Positions 9,101 to 17,614 of a stretch of DNA of 64,000 bases are shown in pieces (positions within the stretch are counted from its first letter, which is position 1; every line of letters starts with the position of its first letter). This stretch comes from Pirellulales bacterium. GTDB taxonomy: Bacteria > Planctomycetota > Planctomycetia > Pirellulales > JAICIG01. The translations under genes and the position numbers were made by a program. The stretch spans positions 81,651 to 145,650 of the forward strand of contig JBBDYJ010000041.1 in the NCBI GenBank assembly GCA_040901675.1. The letters are read 5' to 3'. The notes beneath the pieces were generated by a model. The model saw nothing but the letters and a program-made list of their open reading frames with translations. It made no database searches and was not told where the DNA came from.

Positions 9101-11933
9101 AGCTGTGCTCGTATTCGATAAAGGCCTCGGCTGGCGTGCCGACGGCAAACGTGATCCGCGTGGCGAGTCCGCGAGAGCTGTAATCGAAGTCGGTGAGGCG
9201 TCCCATCGGATCGGTCATGGTGGCGACCAGCCCCGCGGGCGGCCCGCCCCCGCCGCCGGGCAGAGTGGTGTAGGTGAACGTAGTCACGAGGTCGTTCGTT
9301 TCGCCGCCAGCCGGATCGACCAGCCCCACCACCTCCCTGATCGACAGGACGTTGCCGTTGGCCGCGTCGATGCCGTAGAGCGTCTTGCGGCCCAGCTCGT
9401 CGATGAAGCTGGTCACCTCGTTGAACGTCGGATGATACGTCCAGACGCGGGTGGAGCCGTCCGGAAGCTCCTGGAAAATGACGTTGCCGCGCTGGTCATA
9501 CTGGAATTCGGTGACAGGCCGCGGTTCCGGGCCAGCCCCGTCCGGATCCACGCCGAGCACCTGGACGACTTGCCCATCTTCGTTCCGCAGGAATTCGGTC
9601 TTGTTGCCCAACGGGTCGATGACCTCGCTTCGAAATCCGTATCGGCCCGTGCGGAAGGTGGTCGTCTGTTCGAGCTCGTTGGTAATGCTCCCCTCGGCCT
9701 CATGCGGCCGGAACAACGCCGCCGGATTGCCCAGCGTTCCGGTGCCGGCGCCGGTGTTGACCAGGCCTTCCGCCTTGTAGGCGCGCAGCTCGCGCGTGCT
9801 CAAATCCGGGTTCGTGATCGTCGTCAGCGTCCGGGCAAAGCCATAGTCGTACAGGGTGGTCTTGTTGGCGGCGTTGGTCATCTGGGCCAGCAAGTTCGTG
9901 ACCGGGTGGTATCCGAAAGTGGTAACTGGGCTGGCCTGTGGCCCGCCCAGATCCGGATCCGGCCGCGCTATGGAGATCAACCTCCGCGCGCCATCGTGCA
10001 GATATTGCGTGGTCCTGCCGTCAAAGTCGGTGATCGTGCTGATCAGGCCGCCGGAGTAGACGAGGGTCGTAATCCGTCCCACGGCGTCGGTGATCGTGGA
10101 AAGTTCGTCCACCAGCGTGTCGCCGTCCGCATCCACGTAGGCGAAGGCGCTGGTATTACCCAGCCGGTCGGCGCGGGCGACGAGCACTCCCGTCGAGTTG
10201 AAGTCGCGGCGGCCGCCGTCCTTGCTGGTGAGCGTGTAGCTGGAGTCGGGGTTCTTGACCAGCGTGGAAAAGGCGAGCTCGCCCTCCTGTCGGGTGAAGC
10301 TGCCGTCGGGGTTCTCGCCGAACCAGAACAGGTTGCCGTCGCCGCGGACCCAGGTGACGCCGTCGTCCTGGATCGCCAGCCGCTCGAACTGCCCGTGCGT
10401 CCAGCGGTTGCCGAACTCGCTGTCGATCAGGTTGTTGATGACGTCGAAACCGGTCATTTTCCGGGTCTGGGGAGTCGGACCGTATTGCTCGGTAATTTGC
10501 ATTTCCCAGTAGTGGCGGCCGGTGGGCAGCGTGCTGGCGTCCGCCTGCAGCACAAAGCGGACCGTCTCGCCGGGCACGTAGCCGGTGGGGTCGTAGTACA
10601 CCGCAGCGCCGGCAATCCCGCCGAACGTGAGCTGTATCTTGACGTGGTCGGCGCTGGCCGCCTGGTCCGACAAGCGCGTGTCGACGGTGACGATCGGGTG
10701 CGGGTTCGAGCTGGTCGAGTGCGTGAGGCCTCCATCGTCCTTGGCCTGCACGGAGCCGTCGGCCTCGGTCGTGCCCGTTTGCGCATTGTCGCAGCCGCAG
10801 TAGCACACGCAGTGGATCACCTGGCCGGGCAGGACCTCGTTGTCGAGGATCGTGCCTATGCCGATCCCACGCTCGATCCGCGCGCCCGAGGGATTGCTGA
10901 GGACGACCAGGAACTGTTCGTCCCCCTCGATGAGCAGGTCGTCGATGATGGGGACCGAGACTGTCTTTGTCGTCTCCATGGGCTGGAAAACCAACCCACC
11001 GACCGTGAGAGCATAATCGACGTCCTCGATGGCACTCATTTCATAGGTCGTGTAGTTCACGCTGACCGCGTACGAAACGGCGGGGCTCAGCGTGACCGTG
11101 AAGACCAGTTCGCCCAAGTCCTCCCAATCCTGGGCGTCGTCGATGCTGAGCTTCGGCGGGTCGTCGTTGTCGATGATCAATCCGAGCCCCTCGCCATCCT
11201 GGATCTGGGCGCCGCCTGTTGCTCCGGAAAGGTTGACAAAGTAATTCTCCGTGGGTTCGTCCATGAGGTCGTCGATGATTGGCACCGTGATGATCTTCGA
11301 CGATTCGCTGGGAGCGAAGACCAACGTCCCGCTGACTCCGGTGAAGTCGGCGCCCGACGTGGCGGTGCCGCTGGCGGTCGCGTAGGAGACGGTCACCTGC
11401 TGGCCGCTGGTCGGTGAAAGAGTCACGGTGAACTGCGCCGTGCCGGCGGCTTCGTTGACCGTGCGGTCGTTGATGCTCAGCAGCGGAACCGGTAGATCGT
11501 TGTCGCCGATCGTCGCCGTCATGGTGCTGGGACTGACCACTTGATAATTGGCGCCGGGCTGCAGCGTGAGGATGACCGTTTCGGCGCCCTCGTACAGGGT
11601 GTCATCAATGGTGGTGATGTCGACGATCGCATGCTGCCGCATCGCGGGAATCGTGATCGATAGAGGAACATTCTCGTAATCGGCTCCGTTGGTCGCCGTG
11701 CCGGTCAGCGTGAAGTTCACGGTGAGCGGCGAAGAGTCGCCCGAACGAAAGATGCCAAAAAACGCGTTCTGGTCCGGTTCCGCCGCGGACATGTCGCTGG
11801 ACGAGATGTGGACCGTGTTGGCCAGCATGTCGCGGCGCTCCAGCAAGTCGAAGCGCGGCACGCGCCGACGCGCCTTTTGACGCCTGCGCCAAGGCGTGTT
11901 GTTCCGCTTGTGCCGGTTCGAGCGTTTGGCCAT
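3138..11933 (-). CDS. Large secreted Rhs/YD-repeat polymorphic toxin: Planctomycete export signal, Calx-beta repeats, YD repeats, Rhs core, Hint domain, C-terminal toxin
   Basis: ATG at 11933 with AAGGAG RBS; R-rich leader ending LERRDMLA; three Calx-beta-like repeats; many YD repeats; DPFGL at 4824-4838; Hint from CFTAGT to WVHN (4406-3522); 127-aa tip. Confidence 0.9.
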   Translation of the reverse strand: MAKRSNRHKRNNTPWRRRQKARRRVPRFDLLERRDMLANTVHISSSDMSAAEPDQNAFFGIFRSGDSSPLTVNFTLTGTATNGADYENVPLSITIPAMRQHAIVDITTIDDTLYEGAETVILTLQPGANYQVVSPSTMTATIGDNDLPVPLLSINDRTVNEAAGTAQFTVTLSPTSGQQVTVSYATASGTATSGADFTGVSGTLVFAPSESSKIITVPIIDDLMDEPTENYFVNLSGATGGAQIQDGEGLGLIIDNDDPPKLSIDDAQDWEDLGELVFTVTLSPAVSYAVSVNYTTYEMSAIEDVDYALTVGGLVFQPMETTKTVSVPIIDDLLIEGDEQFLVVLSNPSGARIERGIGIGTILDNEVLPGQVIHCVCYCGCDNAQTGTTEADGSVQAKDDGGLTHSTSSNPHPIVTVDTRLSDQAASADHVKIQLTFGGIAGAAVYYDPTGYVPGETVRFVLQADASTLPTGRHYWEMQITEQYGPTPQTRKMTGFDVINNLIDSEFGNRWTHGQFERLAIQDDGVTWVRGDGNLFWFGENPDGSFTRQEGELAFSTLVKNPDSSYTLTSKDGGRRDFNSTGVLVARADRLGNTSAFAYVDADGDTLVDELSTITDAVGRITTLVYSGGLISTITDFDGRTTQYLHDGARRLISIARPDPDLGGPQASPVTTFGYHPVTNLLAQMTNAANKTTLYDYGFARTLTTITNPDLSTRELRAYKAEGLVNTGAGTGTLGNPAALFRPHEAEGSITNELEQTTTFRTGRYGFRSEVIDPLGNKTEFLRNEDGQVVQVLGVDPDGAGPEPRPVTEFQYDQRGNVIFQELPDGSTRVWTYHPTFNEVTSFIDELGRKTLYGIDAANGNVLSIREVVGLVDPAGGETNDLVTTFTYTTLPGGGGGPPAGLVATMTDPMGRLTDFDYSSRGLATRITFAVGTPAEAFIEYEHSSADNLTAEIDELGRRTEGVYDELDRLTQLVLEDPDGAAGSQASPIWAFHYSAMSHVVKEVDPLGRETLFEHGAFGNLKKITQPDHDSNGQATITSLGHDLAGRLVAVTDPLLRVTTLTVDALGRTTATTLADPDAGGPLTSPVFQTQFDPYHRATREIDALGNATDYAYLNFGKRVEIREADPDGGGPAQRPLSVAEHDSAGQMFRWTDALGRVTEYARDDLGRIVLIVHPDDSTTEIEYDKNSNVRFVTEPGGAVTEYVYSERNFLVQTVGSDPDGAGAGTPPVTTFEVDAAGQVLSETDPLGRVTRGEFDGLGRLVRRELPDPDFGGPAEPAAFDYHYDAASRLVRVVATDPDPLDNVPAPETTYAYDLLDNLVSVVEADPDGPGVLESPETTYVFSAASELLRHTDALGRDTTWVLDNLGRPTSVDDELGQTTAFAYDGNSNLLTATNEQLQVTTHNYDNLSRHIRTIDPRGGITQVTFDAVSNVTRLTDSAGNDTSWFYDLLDRVTSEFNELGLSRQYVYSESGDLSQMVDRTGKIRDFSHDALHQLVKEEWIGNVVLPTVVVTTLTEGRAARNEVQQIVLPAATGGNWTLSFNGQTTGPIPFNATAMQVQSALQNLGTIGFGNVAVTGAGTPASPFLVAFQGSSAATDVPAITANGNGLSGVELVSVGTTTPGHNLTNEVQHISFQPNAGRYILAYESSDIYVYELLTAAELQSRFDWMWAVGPGNVVVTGTWPEFDVTFQNELGDTDVDLIQAEIGVVTEVVKGKSQPTNEVQTIAVSSQAAGGSFTLSFNGLTTGSIAYNAMPMAIQTALEGLSNIEVGDVQVSGNVGGPYAVTFQGAWAGINVSQLTVNNSSMLGGTITASTNIQGLTQLNEVQRINVNDAYSGTFSVRFDGQATGSIAYNAAASAVESALEALTNIDNVSVSGGAGGPYTVTFQPPQAGINLPQMTGNPINLRELVHIITQSFDAAGQLATAGDAKSAYAFTYDGLGAVTRVDNQNTPGAPRVILDSAYDALSRRTSLSAEIDGVDDLLNTYHYDALSRMTGVRQQGQTGGNTVATKGVDFGYNAIHQFTSIVRFTDLVQSPAPDVATSTFTYDTLGRLEGLEHKHAGVTLVGYAWQFDSLNRVTEYSSTIDGTSTYSYDTTSQLTGADHSFQADEAHTYDLAGNRTDTGYATGTNNRLLSDGTFNYTYNGEGNRLTRTRISTDPADDHLVEYSWDYRNRLVGAVFKDNSGAVTKRVELDYDVFDRRIAKRVDSNGDGSFDRIERWVYDGDDVLLDFVDPDGAGPQPLALAARYLHGPAVDQVLAQEDVATGEVLWQLADNLGTGRDLVDSDGVLVHHLVYEAFGTLTSGDATATRYQFTGREWDADLGLYYYRARWYDPQTGRFISEDPIGFEGGDANLSRYVGNDPTNYVDPFGLQPPRFNIPKTGLRPVDAVGKEIERGLNTPLPHPIPRRMRGKVPSLLFNPVYAYERFRAGDPEYSTTVGETIFEAQMFIAEVCVSVVPAGGQASAAMRAMRASRAATKGASSVRRIGKVTNKLDDAARAGDKASDAGRVGCFTAGTQIWFAPESCTGKTTENAVKLNTGDSALGRKGMWLIGAGALLVATSTRKIGRDKKQRLAQDDNAMPEAASAGHNTECVSARGSEGRDNSSDLAAQKTDHVPWTHGCIARLPSCQNVFAALLVVAGLAVNLLSDGGGTSARGRSDRLPSENAASPELATRSIEEVRAGDWVWARDEQTGQVAKKRVAHVFRHTADHLRVLDLIAADGGASQRIETTDEHPFWVEARGWVEAGSLVAGDQVLQADGQLGIVTATRRVDHPKGVPVYNIEVEGFHTYFVAAHGSRAPPVWVHNKPKRYEPPSGRADGVERAAGKNNTASPALEGSPYNPGTVERRIRPPYRTNPAHDPKSPHFDPRKTPEPADAAEVYGRSVRGSMKHCYAVGADGKVYRFTGDNAGTVHFTGFVEPKDLPKDVRKQLGI

Positions 11934-12067
11934 GGCACCGACTCCTTGAACGCGGGTGGAGCAACTCGATGCCGGCGATTTTGATGCGCTCCCGCGGCGC
12001 TCGTCTACAGTAGATAATTCCGTTGATAGGGTGTTTAGGGTCGCTGGCGGGTCGATACCGTGGGGCT

Positions 12068-12751
12068 TCAACGGCGCTCCCAATGGACCCTGCGGAGGAC
12101 CGCTTGGGCATGGAAACGAATGAGCGGGTGGACCTGGTTGCGGTTCAAGTTGCCGATCGTGTCGTGCAGGCGTCGCACGGGGTCCATGTCCGGATGGGGC
12201 GGCAGCGGGTCGTCGATCGTCATCACCCACCCCTCCTCGCCGAAGGCGTCCAGAATCCACCACTGGTCGGGGGCGCATCTTCTGAACCGCTTGACGATCA
12301 CAGCGCCGAGCAATAGGGTCCGTCGGCACCTGTCCCAGTCGGGCACGAGCAGCTCTTGCTTGGGCTCGACAATCCCGCTGGCCGGCGTGCCAACCAAAGC
12401 TGCCGCACACCCCGCCAAGGCGGCCGCGCCTTGCTCAGTGAGCACGAAGCACGTGCGGTCGCTGAATACAAGCGGCGGCGCGGGCCGAAAACAACGGCTC
12501 TTGCCCCCGATTCTTCTTGTCTCGTCCTGGTGCAAGGCGTACTTCTTCTGTACCAACCAACGCAGTTCCGGGGTCGTCGTTCCTTGCCTCCGCAGCTCCT
12601 CCGCTTCGACGGCGAAGGTCCAGGTATCGGCCTCCGCGTCGCGCGCCAGGTCACGCGCCTCGATCAGCAGGCGGACCGCCGCCCGGATACCCTCGATCCC
12701 GTTCGCATCGGCGAAAGCATTGAATGGCTGCCCTGCGCGTTCGACTGGCAT
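12068..12751 (-). CDS. Conserved Planctomycete hypothetical protein, possible winged-helix regulator
   Basis: AAGGAG RBS before MPVERAG; C-terminal PDWD..R.L..VKRF..AP.Q..ILDAF.EEGW..IDDPLP..RRLHDTI..LN pattern; directly upstream of rhs. Confidence 0.65.
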   Translation of the reverse strand: MPVERAGQPFNAFADANGIEGIRAAVRLLIEARDLARDAEADTWTFAVEAEELRRQGTTTPELRWLVQKKYALHQDETRRIGGKSRCFRPAPPLVFSDRTCFVLTEQGAAALAGCAAALVGTPASGIVEPKQELLVPDWDRCRRTLLLGAVIVKRFRRCAPDQWWILDAFGEEGWVMTIDDPLPPHPDMDPVRRLHDTIGNLNRNQVHPLIRFHAQAVLRRVHWERR

Positions 12752-13303
12752 GGTGGTCTCCTTATGTTGCCCCCAATTTCCTTGGTGCGGCACCCGCGAG
12801 CCGGCCAAAAGGCTTCGCTGGTCCGCGCGACCGATCCGATCGCGTCAATTCCTCCTCCTTACCAGTCGAGATCCGTGGGAAAAACATGACATAAATTCCT
12901 GGAAATATTCAAAAATAAATTGGTGCCATAAGTAGCATCCGGAAAAGCACTTGCGCCGCAACTCCCAGAAAAAATCGGGTTGGGCGGGAAAAAATTCTGC
13001 CATCCGTCGCTTCCATACCCCTCAGATGGGGTAGAAAAACGCCCCAACGCTGCCGTCAGGCGATGGCAGGATTACGCCGGACATTCGCTGGTGCTCCCGC
13101 GTAAACGGGTTGGGCGCCGCGCGGCTGCTTAGCTGGAGACGCGAGCAGGGAACGAGGAGGAATAAAGCCCGCTGAGCGCAGGCAACGGCTCAGCCTGGTA
13201 GGTCACGTGGCACCGCTGGCAGGACGGGTGCAGCGGCGATGGCACCTGCATCTCACGCCTTCGGCGGACCTCCGAGCGGCTTGCTGCAAGCGGGGGCACG
13301 TGA

Positions 13304-13328
13304 CCCGAATTCTGGCAAATTCGGCTAC
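13304..13328 (-). repeat. GTAG-type REP palindrome (family A)
   Basis: cccgaattctggcaaattcggctac is the reverse complement, with one mismatch, of the copies at 23282-23340. Confidence 0.75.
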
Positions 13329-13442
13329 GGGAGAACGCGTGCCGTAAACCTCCTCCGTAGCGTCTTCGTGTCCTTGGTGTTCTTTGTGGTTGTCTTCGTA
13401 GACGTCCGTAACGTGCGTCCGGGAGAACGCGTGCTGTATCGG

Positions 13443-14702
13443 TCAGGTTTCGCCCGTAGCGGCAAAATCGTGGCCGCCGCGGGCCGCCACGCCCACCAGC
13501 GCCAGCGCCACGCACATCAGCCCCAACGCCACCCAGTAGGGCAGCGTGGCGGCGATGTAGAACAACGGAATCGACACAAGCGGGCCGACGATCCGCGCCA
13601 GCGAGCTGATGCTCTGCGCGACCCCCAGGATCGCCCCTTGCCTGGCCGGGTCGCTGCGGCGAGAGATCAGCGCCGCCAGCGAAGGAGTCATGAAAGCGAA
13701 GCCGGTCACTTCCGTCGCCGAAGCGACCAACAGCATCCCCAGGCTGGTGCGGGTAGCGGCCCAAGCCAGCAGGGCGAATCCCAGAATCGACAAGACGGCG
13801 CCGATGTTGGCCAGCGCCGGCTCGCTGAGCCGGGTCGCCAGCCGGCGCACCAGAAAGCCCTGCACGGCGCTCAGCACCAGGCCCACGAAGGCGAAGAACA
13901 ACAGCACCTGGTGGTATTCGAAGCCAAAACCGCCGCGCTCGGAGTTCAACAACAGCGACAGCGTCTGCTCGAAGCTGCCGAACGACAACACGCTGATGAA
14001 CGACGTGGCGAGGAGTGCGCCGACCGATGGTGTCGCCAGCGCGTCGCCCCAACTCCGCGGATCGAACAGCCTCTGGCCGGCCCGCGCGCTTTCAGGCCGC
14101 AGCGATTCAGGCAGCTTGAAGACAGCCAGCAGCAGGGCCCCTGCCGACAAGGCGGAGGCCGTGTAGCCGGGCCAAGGACTCACGCCCACGTCGGGCGAAA
14201 ACACCAGCGCCGCGGCGCCCAGCAGCGGCCCGAAGGTAAAACCCAATCCAAACGCGGCTCCGATCAAGGCCATGCCGCGGGCCCGGCTCTGGCGGGTGGT
14301 GGTGTCGGCAATGTAAGCCTGCGCCGTGGCGATGGTGGCCCCCGAGATGCCGGCCCCAATCCGGGCGATGAACAGCCACTCCAGGCTCTGGTTGAGCGTC
14401 GCCACTCCAAACAGAGCATAGAAAAACGTCGAGCCGGCCAGACCGATGAGGATCACCGGCCGGCGGCCGAAGCGGTCGGACACGCGGCCCCACAGCGGAG
14501 AGAAGAAAAACTGCATGGCCGAAAAGCTGGCCATCAGGCCGCCGATCGTCCAACCCAAGGCTCGCCCCGAAAGCCCGTAGTTGGCGGCGAATTGCTGGGC
14601 ATAAATCGGCAGCAGCGGCAGCACCATGCCGAACCCCAACAGGTCGATGAACACCGCCAGAAAAACGACCAGCAGCGAGCCTTTGCCGGAAGCGTGCGAC
14701 AT
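13443..14702 (-). CDS. MFS transporter (TetA/DHA1-like)
   Basis: FIDLLGFGMVLPLLP, motif A GRVSDRFGRRP, about 12 hydrophobic segments; start reassigned to MSHASGK. Confidence 0.9.
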   Translation of the reverse strand: MSHASGKGSLLVVFLAVFIDLLGFGMVLPLLPIYAQQFAANYGLSGRALGWTIGGLMASFSAMQFFFSPLWGRVSDRFGRRPVILIGLAGSTFFYALFGVATLNQSLEWLFIARIGAGISGATIATAQAYIADTTTRQSRARGMALIGAAFGLGFTFGPLLGAAALVFSPDVGVSPWPGYTASALSAGALLLAVFKLPESLRPESARAGQRLFDPRSWGDALATPSVGALLATSFISVLSFGSFEQTLSLLLNSERGGFGFEYHQVLLFFAFVGLVLSAVQGFLVRRLATRLSEPALANIGAVLSILGFALLAWAATRTSLGMLLVASATEVTGFAFMTPSLAALISRRSDPARQGAILGVAQSISSLARIVGPLVSIPLFYIAATLPYWVALGLMCVALALVGVAARGGHDFAATGET

Positions 14703-14807
14703 GCCGAAATGCGAGGTGGGGGGTCCGGGCAAAGCCCCGTTTGTACTCAGGGGCGATGGCCCACGCAACGGCTGGCCGGCGCGTGCCAGGCGCTTTATGA
14801 TGGGCGC

Positions 14808-16091
14808 ATGACCCGCAGCACGTACGACGAGCGCCGGCGGCTGGAGTCGTTGGACGCCGAGGCGCGCCAGCGGCACCAGCTTGCCCGCCTCAACGAGCTC
14901 CTCCGGCGGATCCTGCCCCACAACCACTTCTACTCCCAGCGGCTGCACGATTTGCGCCGCCCGATCGAATCGCTGGAAGAGCTGACCGAGCTGCCTTACA
15001 CCTTCAAGGAAGGGCTGCTCGGATCGCGGCAGGCGGGCCAGGCGGCGGCCAATTGCACGTATCCTCTGGACCGCTACGTGCGATTCCACCAGACCTCCGG
15101 AACCCGCGGCCGCCCGCTCACGGTGCTCGACACGGCGGACGACTGGCAATGGTGGATCGACTGCTGGCAGTACGTGTTGGACGCCGCCGAGGTCACGTCG
15201 TCGGACCGAGTGATGATGGCATTTTCGTTCGGGCCGTTCGTCGGCTTCTGGAGCGCGTACGATGCCGCCTCGTCCCGCGGCTGCCTGATGATCCCCGGCG
15301 GGGGAATGAACACCCTCTCGCGGCTCGAGCTGTTGCGGGCCAGCCAGGCGACCGTCGTGTGCTGCACCCCGAGTTACGCCTTGCACATGGCCGAGCTGGC
15401 CGCCCAGCGGCAGATCGACGTGGCCCAGCTCGCCGTGCGGGTGCTCATCCTGGCCGGAGAGCCCGGCGGCTCGGTGCCCGCCATACGCTCGCGGATCGAG
15501 CTGGCCTGGCAGGCCCGCGTGCTCGACCACGGCGGGGCCACCGAAGTCGGGCCCTGGGGCTACGGCGACCGCGACGGCCGCGGGCTGCATGTGTTGGAAT
15601 CCGAGTTCATCGCCGAGTTCCTCTCGGTCGAATCCGGCAAGCCGGCCAGCGAGGGAGAGCTCGCCGAGCTGGTCTTGACCAATCTGGGCCGGGCCGGCTG
15701 CCCGGTGCTCCGCTACCGCACGGGCGACCTGGTGCGGCCGCTGTGGCAGCATGAGCTGACCAACCGCTTCGTGCTGCTCGACGGCGGCGTGCTGGGGCGG
15801 GCCGACGACATGATGATCGTGCGGGGGGTGAACGTGTTTCCCAGCGCCATCGAGCAGATCCTCCGCAGCTTTCCGGAAGTGCTGGAATACAGGATGACCG
15901 TTTACAAAAACGAGCAGATGGACCAATTGTCGATCGACATCGAGGACCGGCTGGACCAGCCGCAGCGGGTGGCGGAGGAACTTCGGCTGCGGCTGGGACT
16001 GAAGGTCGACGTGCGCAGCGTGCCCACCGGCTCCCTGCCCCGCTTCGAGGGCAAAGGAAAGCGGTTTATCGACGAACGCTCGACCGCCTGA
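14808..16091 (+). CDS. Phenylacetate-CoA ligase (PaaK-like) family adenylating enzyme
   Basis: QTSGTRGRP P-loop, GATEVG, RYRTGD, GRADDMMIVRGVNVFP. Confidence 0.85.
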   Translation: MTRSTYDERRRLESLDAEARQRHQLARLNELLRRILPHNHFYSQRLHDLRRPIESLEELTELPYTFKEGLLGSRQAGQAAANCTYPLDRYVRFHQTSGTRGRPLTVLDTADDWQWWIDCWQYVLDAAEVTSSDRVMMAFSFGPFVGFWSAYDAASSRGCLMIPGGGMNTLSRLELLRASQATVVCCTPSYALHMAELAAQRQIDVAQLAVRVLILAGEPGGSVPAIRSRIELAWQARVLDHGGATEVGPWGYGDRDGRGLHVLESEFIAEFLSVESGKPASEGELAELVLTNLGRAGCPVLRYRTGDLVRPLWQHELTNRFVLLDGGVLGRADDMMIVRGVNVFPSAIEQILRSFPEVLEYRMTVYKNEQMDQLSIDIEDRLDQPQRVAEELRLRLGLKVDVRSVPTGSLPRFEGKGKRFIDERSTA

Positions 16092-16137
16092 GGACTTCCG
16101 CGGCTCGCAACGATCAACTGCGCCGCGACACGAAGCA

Positions 16138-16956
16138 GTGGACGCTCAACTGATGACCGGACCAACAACTTTTCCCAGTGCGGCCGAGCTGCGCCGCGCC
16201 GTCCGAGCCGGGCTGCACCAGGGCCCGACCGCCGGATTGGTCCCCGGCTTCGTGCAGGCCAACGTCGTGATCCTTCCCGCCGGCGTGGCGGCCGACTTCG
16301 CCCAGTTCTGCCGGCTCAACGCCCAGGCTTGCCCGCTGATCGAACAGACCACGCCGGGCGACCCGCAGGCCGCCCAGTCGGCGCCCGGCAGCGACCTGCG
16401 CACCGACGTGCCGCGGTACCGCGTCTTCAGGCACGGCCAGGCCGACCCGGTCGAACCGACCGATGTCAGCCACCTCTGGCGCGACGACCTGGTCGGTTTT
16501 CTGCTGGGCTGCTCGTTTACGTTCGAGGCGGCCTTGCAGGCGGCCGGGCTGGAAGTGCGGCACATCGACCAGGGGTGCAACGTGCCCATGTACCGCACCA
16601 GCCTGGCGTGCCGCCCGGCGGGCCGCTTCGCGGGCCCGCTGGTGGTCAGCATGCGCCCCTTTGCCGCCGGCCAGGTCGACGAGGTGCGTCGGATCACGGC
16701 CCGCTATCCGCGGATGCACGGCGCGCCGGTACACGCCGGCGATCCGGCGGCACTGGGCATTGCCGACCTGGCACTTCCCGATTTCGGCGAGGCGGTCGGC
16801 ATCCGCGCCGGCGAGGTGCCGGTGTTTTGGGCTTGTGGCGTCACACCGCAGTTGGCGCTGGCGGCCGCGCGGCCCGAGATTGCCATTACCCACAGCCCCG
16901 GCTGCATGTTCGTCACCGACCTGCGGGAAGAGCTGTTTTGCGAAGCTGCCGAATAG
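16138..16956 (+). CDS. DUF1445/YcsI putative hydro-lyase (D-glutamate cyclase-like)
   Basis: QANVVILP, DLRTDVPRY, GCSFTFE, VPVFWACGVTPQ, ITHSPGCMFVTD. Confidence 0.85.
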   Translation: MDAQLMTGPTTFPSAAELRRAVRAGLHQGPTAGLVPGFVQANVVILPAGVAADFAQFCRLNAQACPLIEQTTPGDPQAAQSAPGSDLRTDVPRYRVFRHGQADPVEPTDVSHLWRDDLVGFLLGCSFTFEAALQAAGLEVRHIDQGCNVPMYRTSLACRPAGRFAGPLVVSMRPFAAGQVDEVRRITARYPRMHGAPVHAGDPAALGIADLALPDFGEAVGIRAGEVPVFWACGVTPQLALAAARPEIAITHSPGCMFVTDLREELFCEAAE

Positions 16957-16978
16957 CGGAGAAAGGACCAGGCGACCG

Positions 16979-17302
16979 ATGGGACCTCGACCGACTCAAC
17001 TAAGCATGCTCGACGACGGGCGGCTGGCGATTCAGTGGAGCGACGGCCGCCGCCGGAGCTATACGATCCGGCAACTGCGCGAGGCGTGTCCCTGCGCCAC
17101 CTGCCGCGAGAAGCGTGTGCAGCCGCCGCCGCCGACCTTGTTGCCCGTGCTGTCGCCGGCCGAGGCCAGGCCGCTCAAGCTGCTCGCGATGTCGCCGGTG
17201 GGCAACTACGCCTACTCGATCCGCTTCAGCGACGACCACGATTCGGGCATCTACACCTTCGAGTTGCTCGGGCAGCTTGGCGAGGAAGACCCTCCGCGCT
17301 GA
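16979..17302 (+). CDS. DUF971 (gamma-butyrobetaine hydroxylase N-terminal-like) protein
   Basis: IQWSDG..LREACPCATC..VGNYAYSIRFSDDHDSGIY. Confidence 0.85.
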   Translation: MGPRPTQLSMLDDGRLAIQWSDGRRRSYTIRQLREACPCATCREKRVQPPPPTLLPVLSPAEARPLKLLAMSPVGNYAYSIRFSDDHDSGIYTFELLGQLGEEDPPR

Positions 17303-17366
17303 GTCCGCGACGGAAAGAAGACGGACGGAAGACTCTCTCCAAGGCGCCAAGAACCAATAAAGACGA

Positions 17367-17546
17367 CGAAGAAACCACAAAGGCCACGAAGGCCACGAAG
17401 ACGCTACTAGGTTACGGACGCTACGACGTACGAGGAGAGACGAAAAAGGGTTTACCGCAGAGGGCGCGGAGCGCCGCAGAGAACCGAATGAGGCAAGAAT
17501 CCCCTCGACCCTCGTCGTCTTCGTGTTCTTTGTGATCTTTGTGGTT
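17367..17546. repeat. Degenerate 9-mer repeat tracts in inverted arrangement
   Basis: cacaaaggc/cacgaaggc units at 17367-17407, a complementary tract at 17516-17546, and a related tract at 13357-13398. Confidence 0.6.
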
Positions 17547-17614
17547 CGTCCTCGGAGCGCCGTCTTAGCGAGCGTTGCGCCGTCGCGCTCCTTCGTAGCT
17601 TCGCCAGAAGGCGT

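Noticed and set aside
8085..11417. Long antisense ORFs (1110 aa here; also 19350-22442, 43062-45656 and 4551-6389)
   Set aside because: Shadow frames of high-GC genes on the opposite strand with no recognisable motifs.
11934..12410. N-terminal 159 aa of the 3090-aa ORF-track Rhs
   Set aside because: It overlaps the 12068-12751 gene. The real start is ATG 11933, with an AAGGAG RBS and export signal.
13129..13251. 40-aa minus-strand ORF with CQRCH (heme-like CxxCH)
   Set aside because: No signal peptide, very short, no clear RBS; likely chance.
13239..15926. Apparent long overlapping MFS and ligase ORFs (950 aa and 827 aa)
   Set aside because: Each is a real gene extended through the antisense of the other; true starts are 14702 (-) and 14808 (+).
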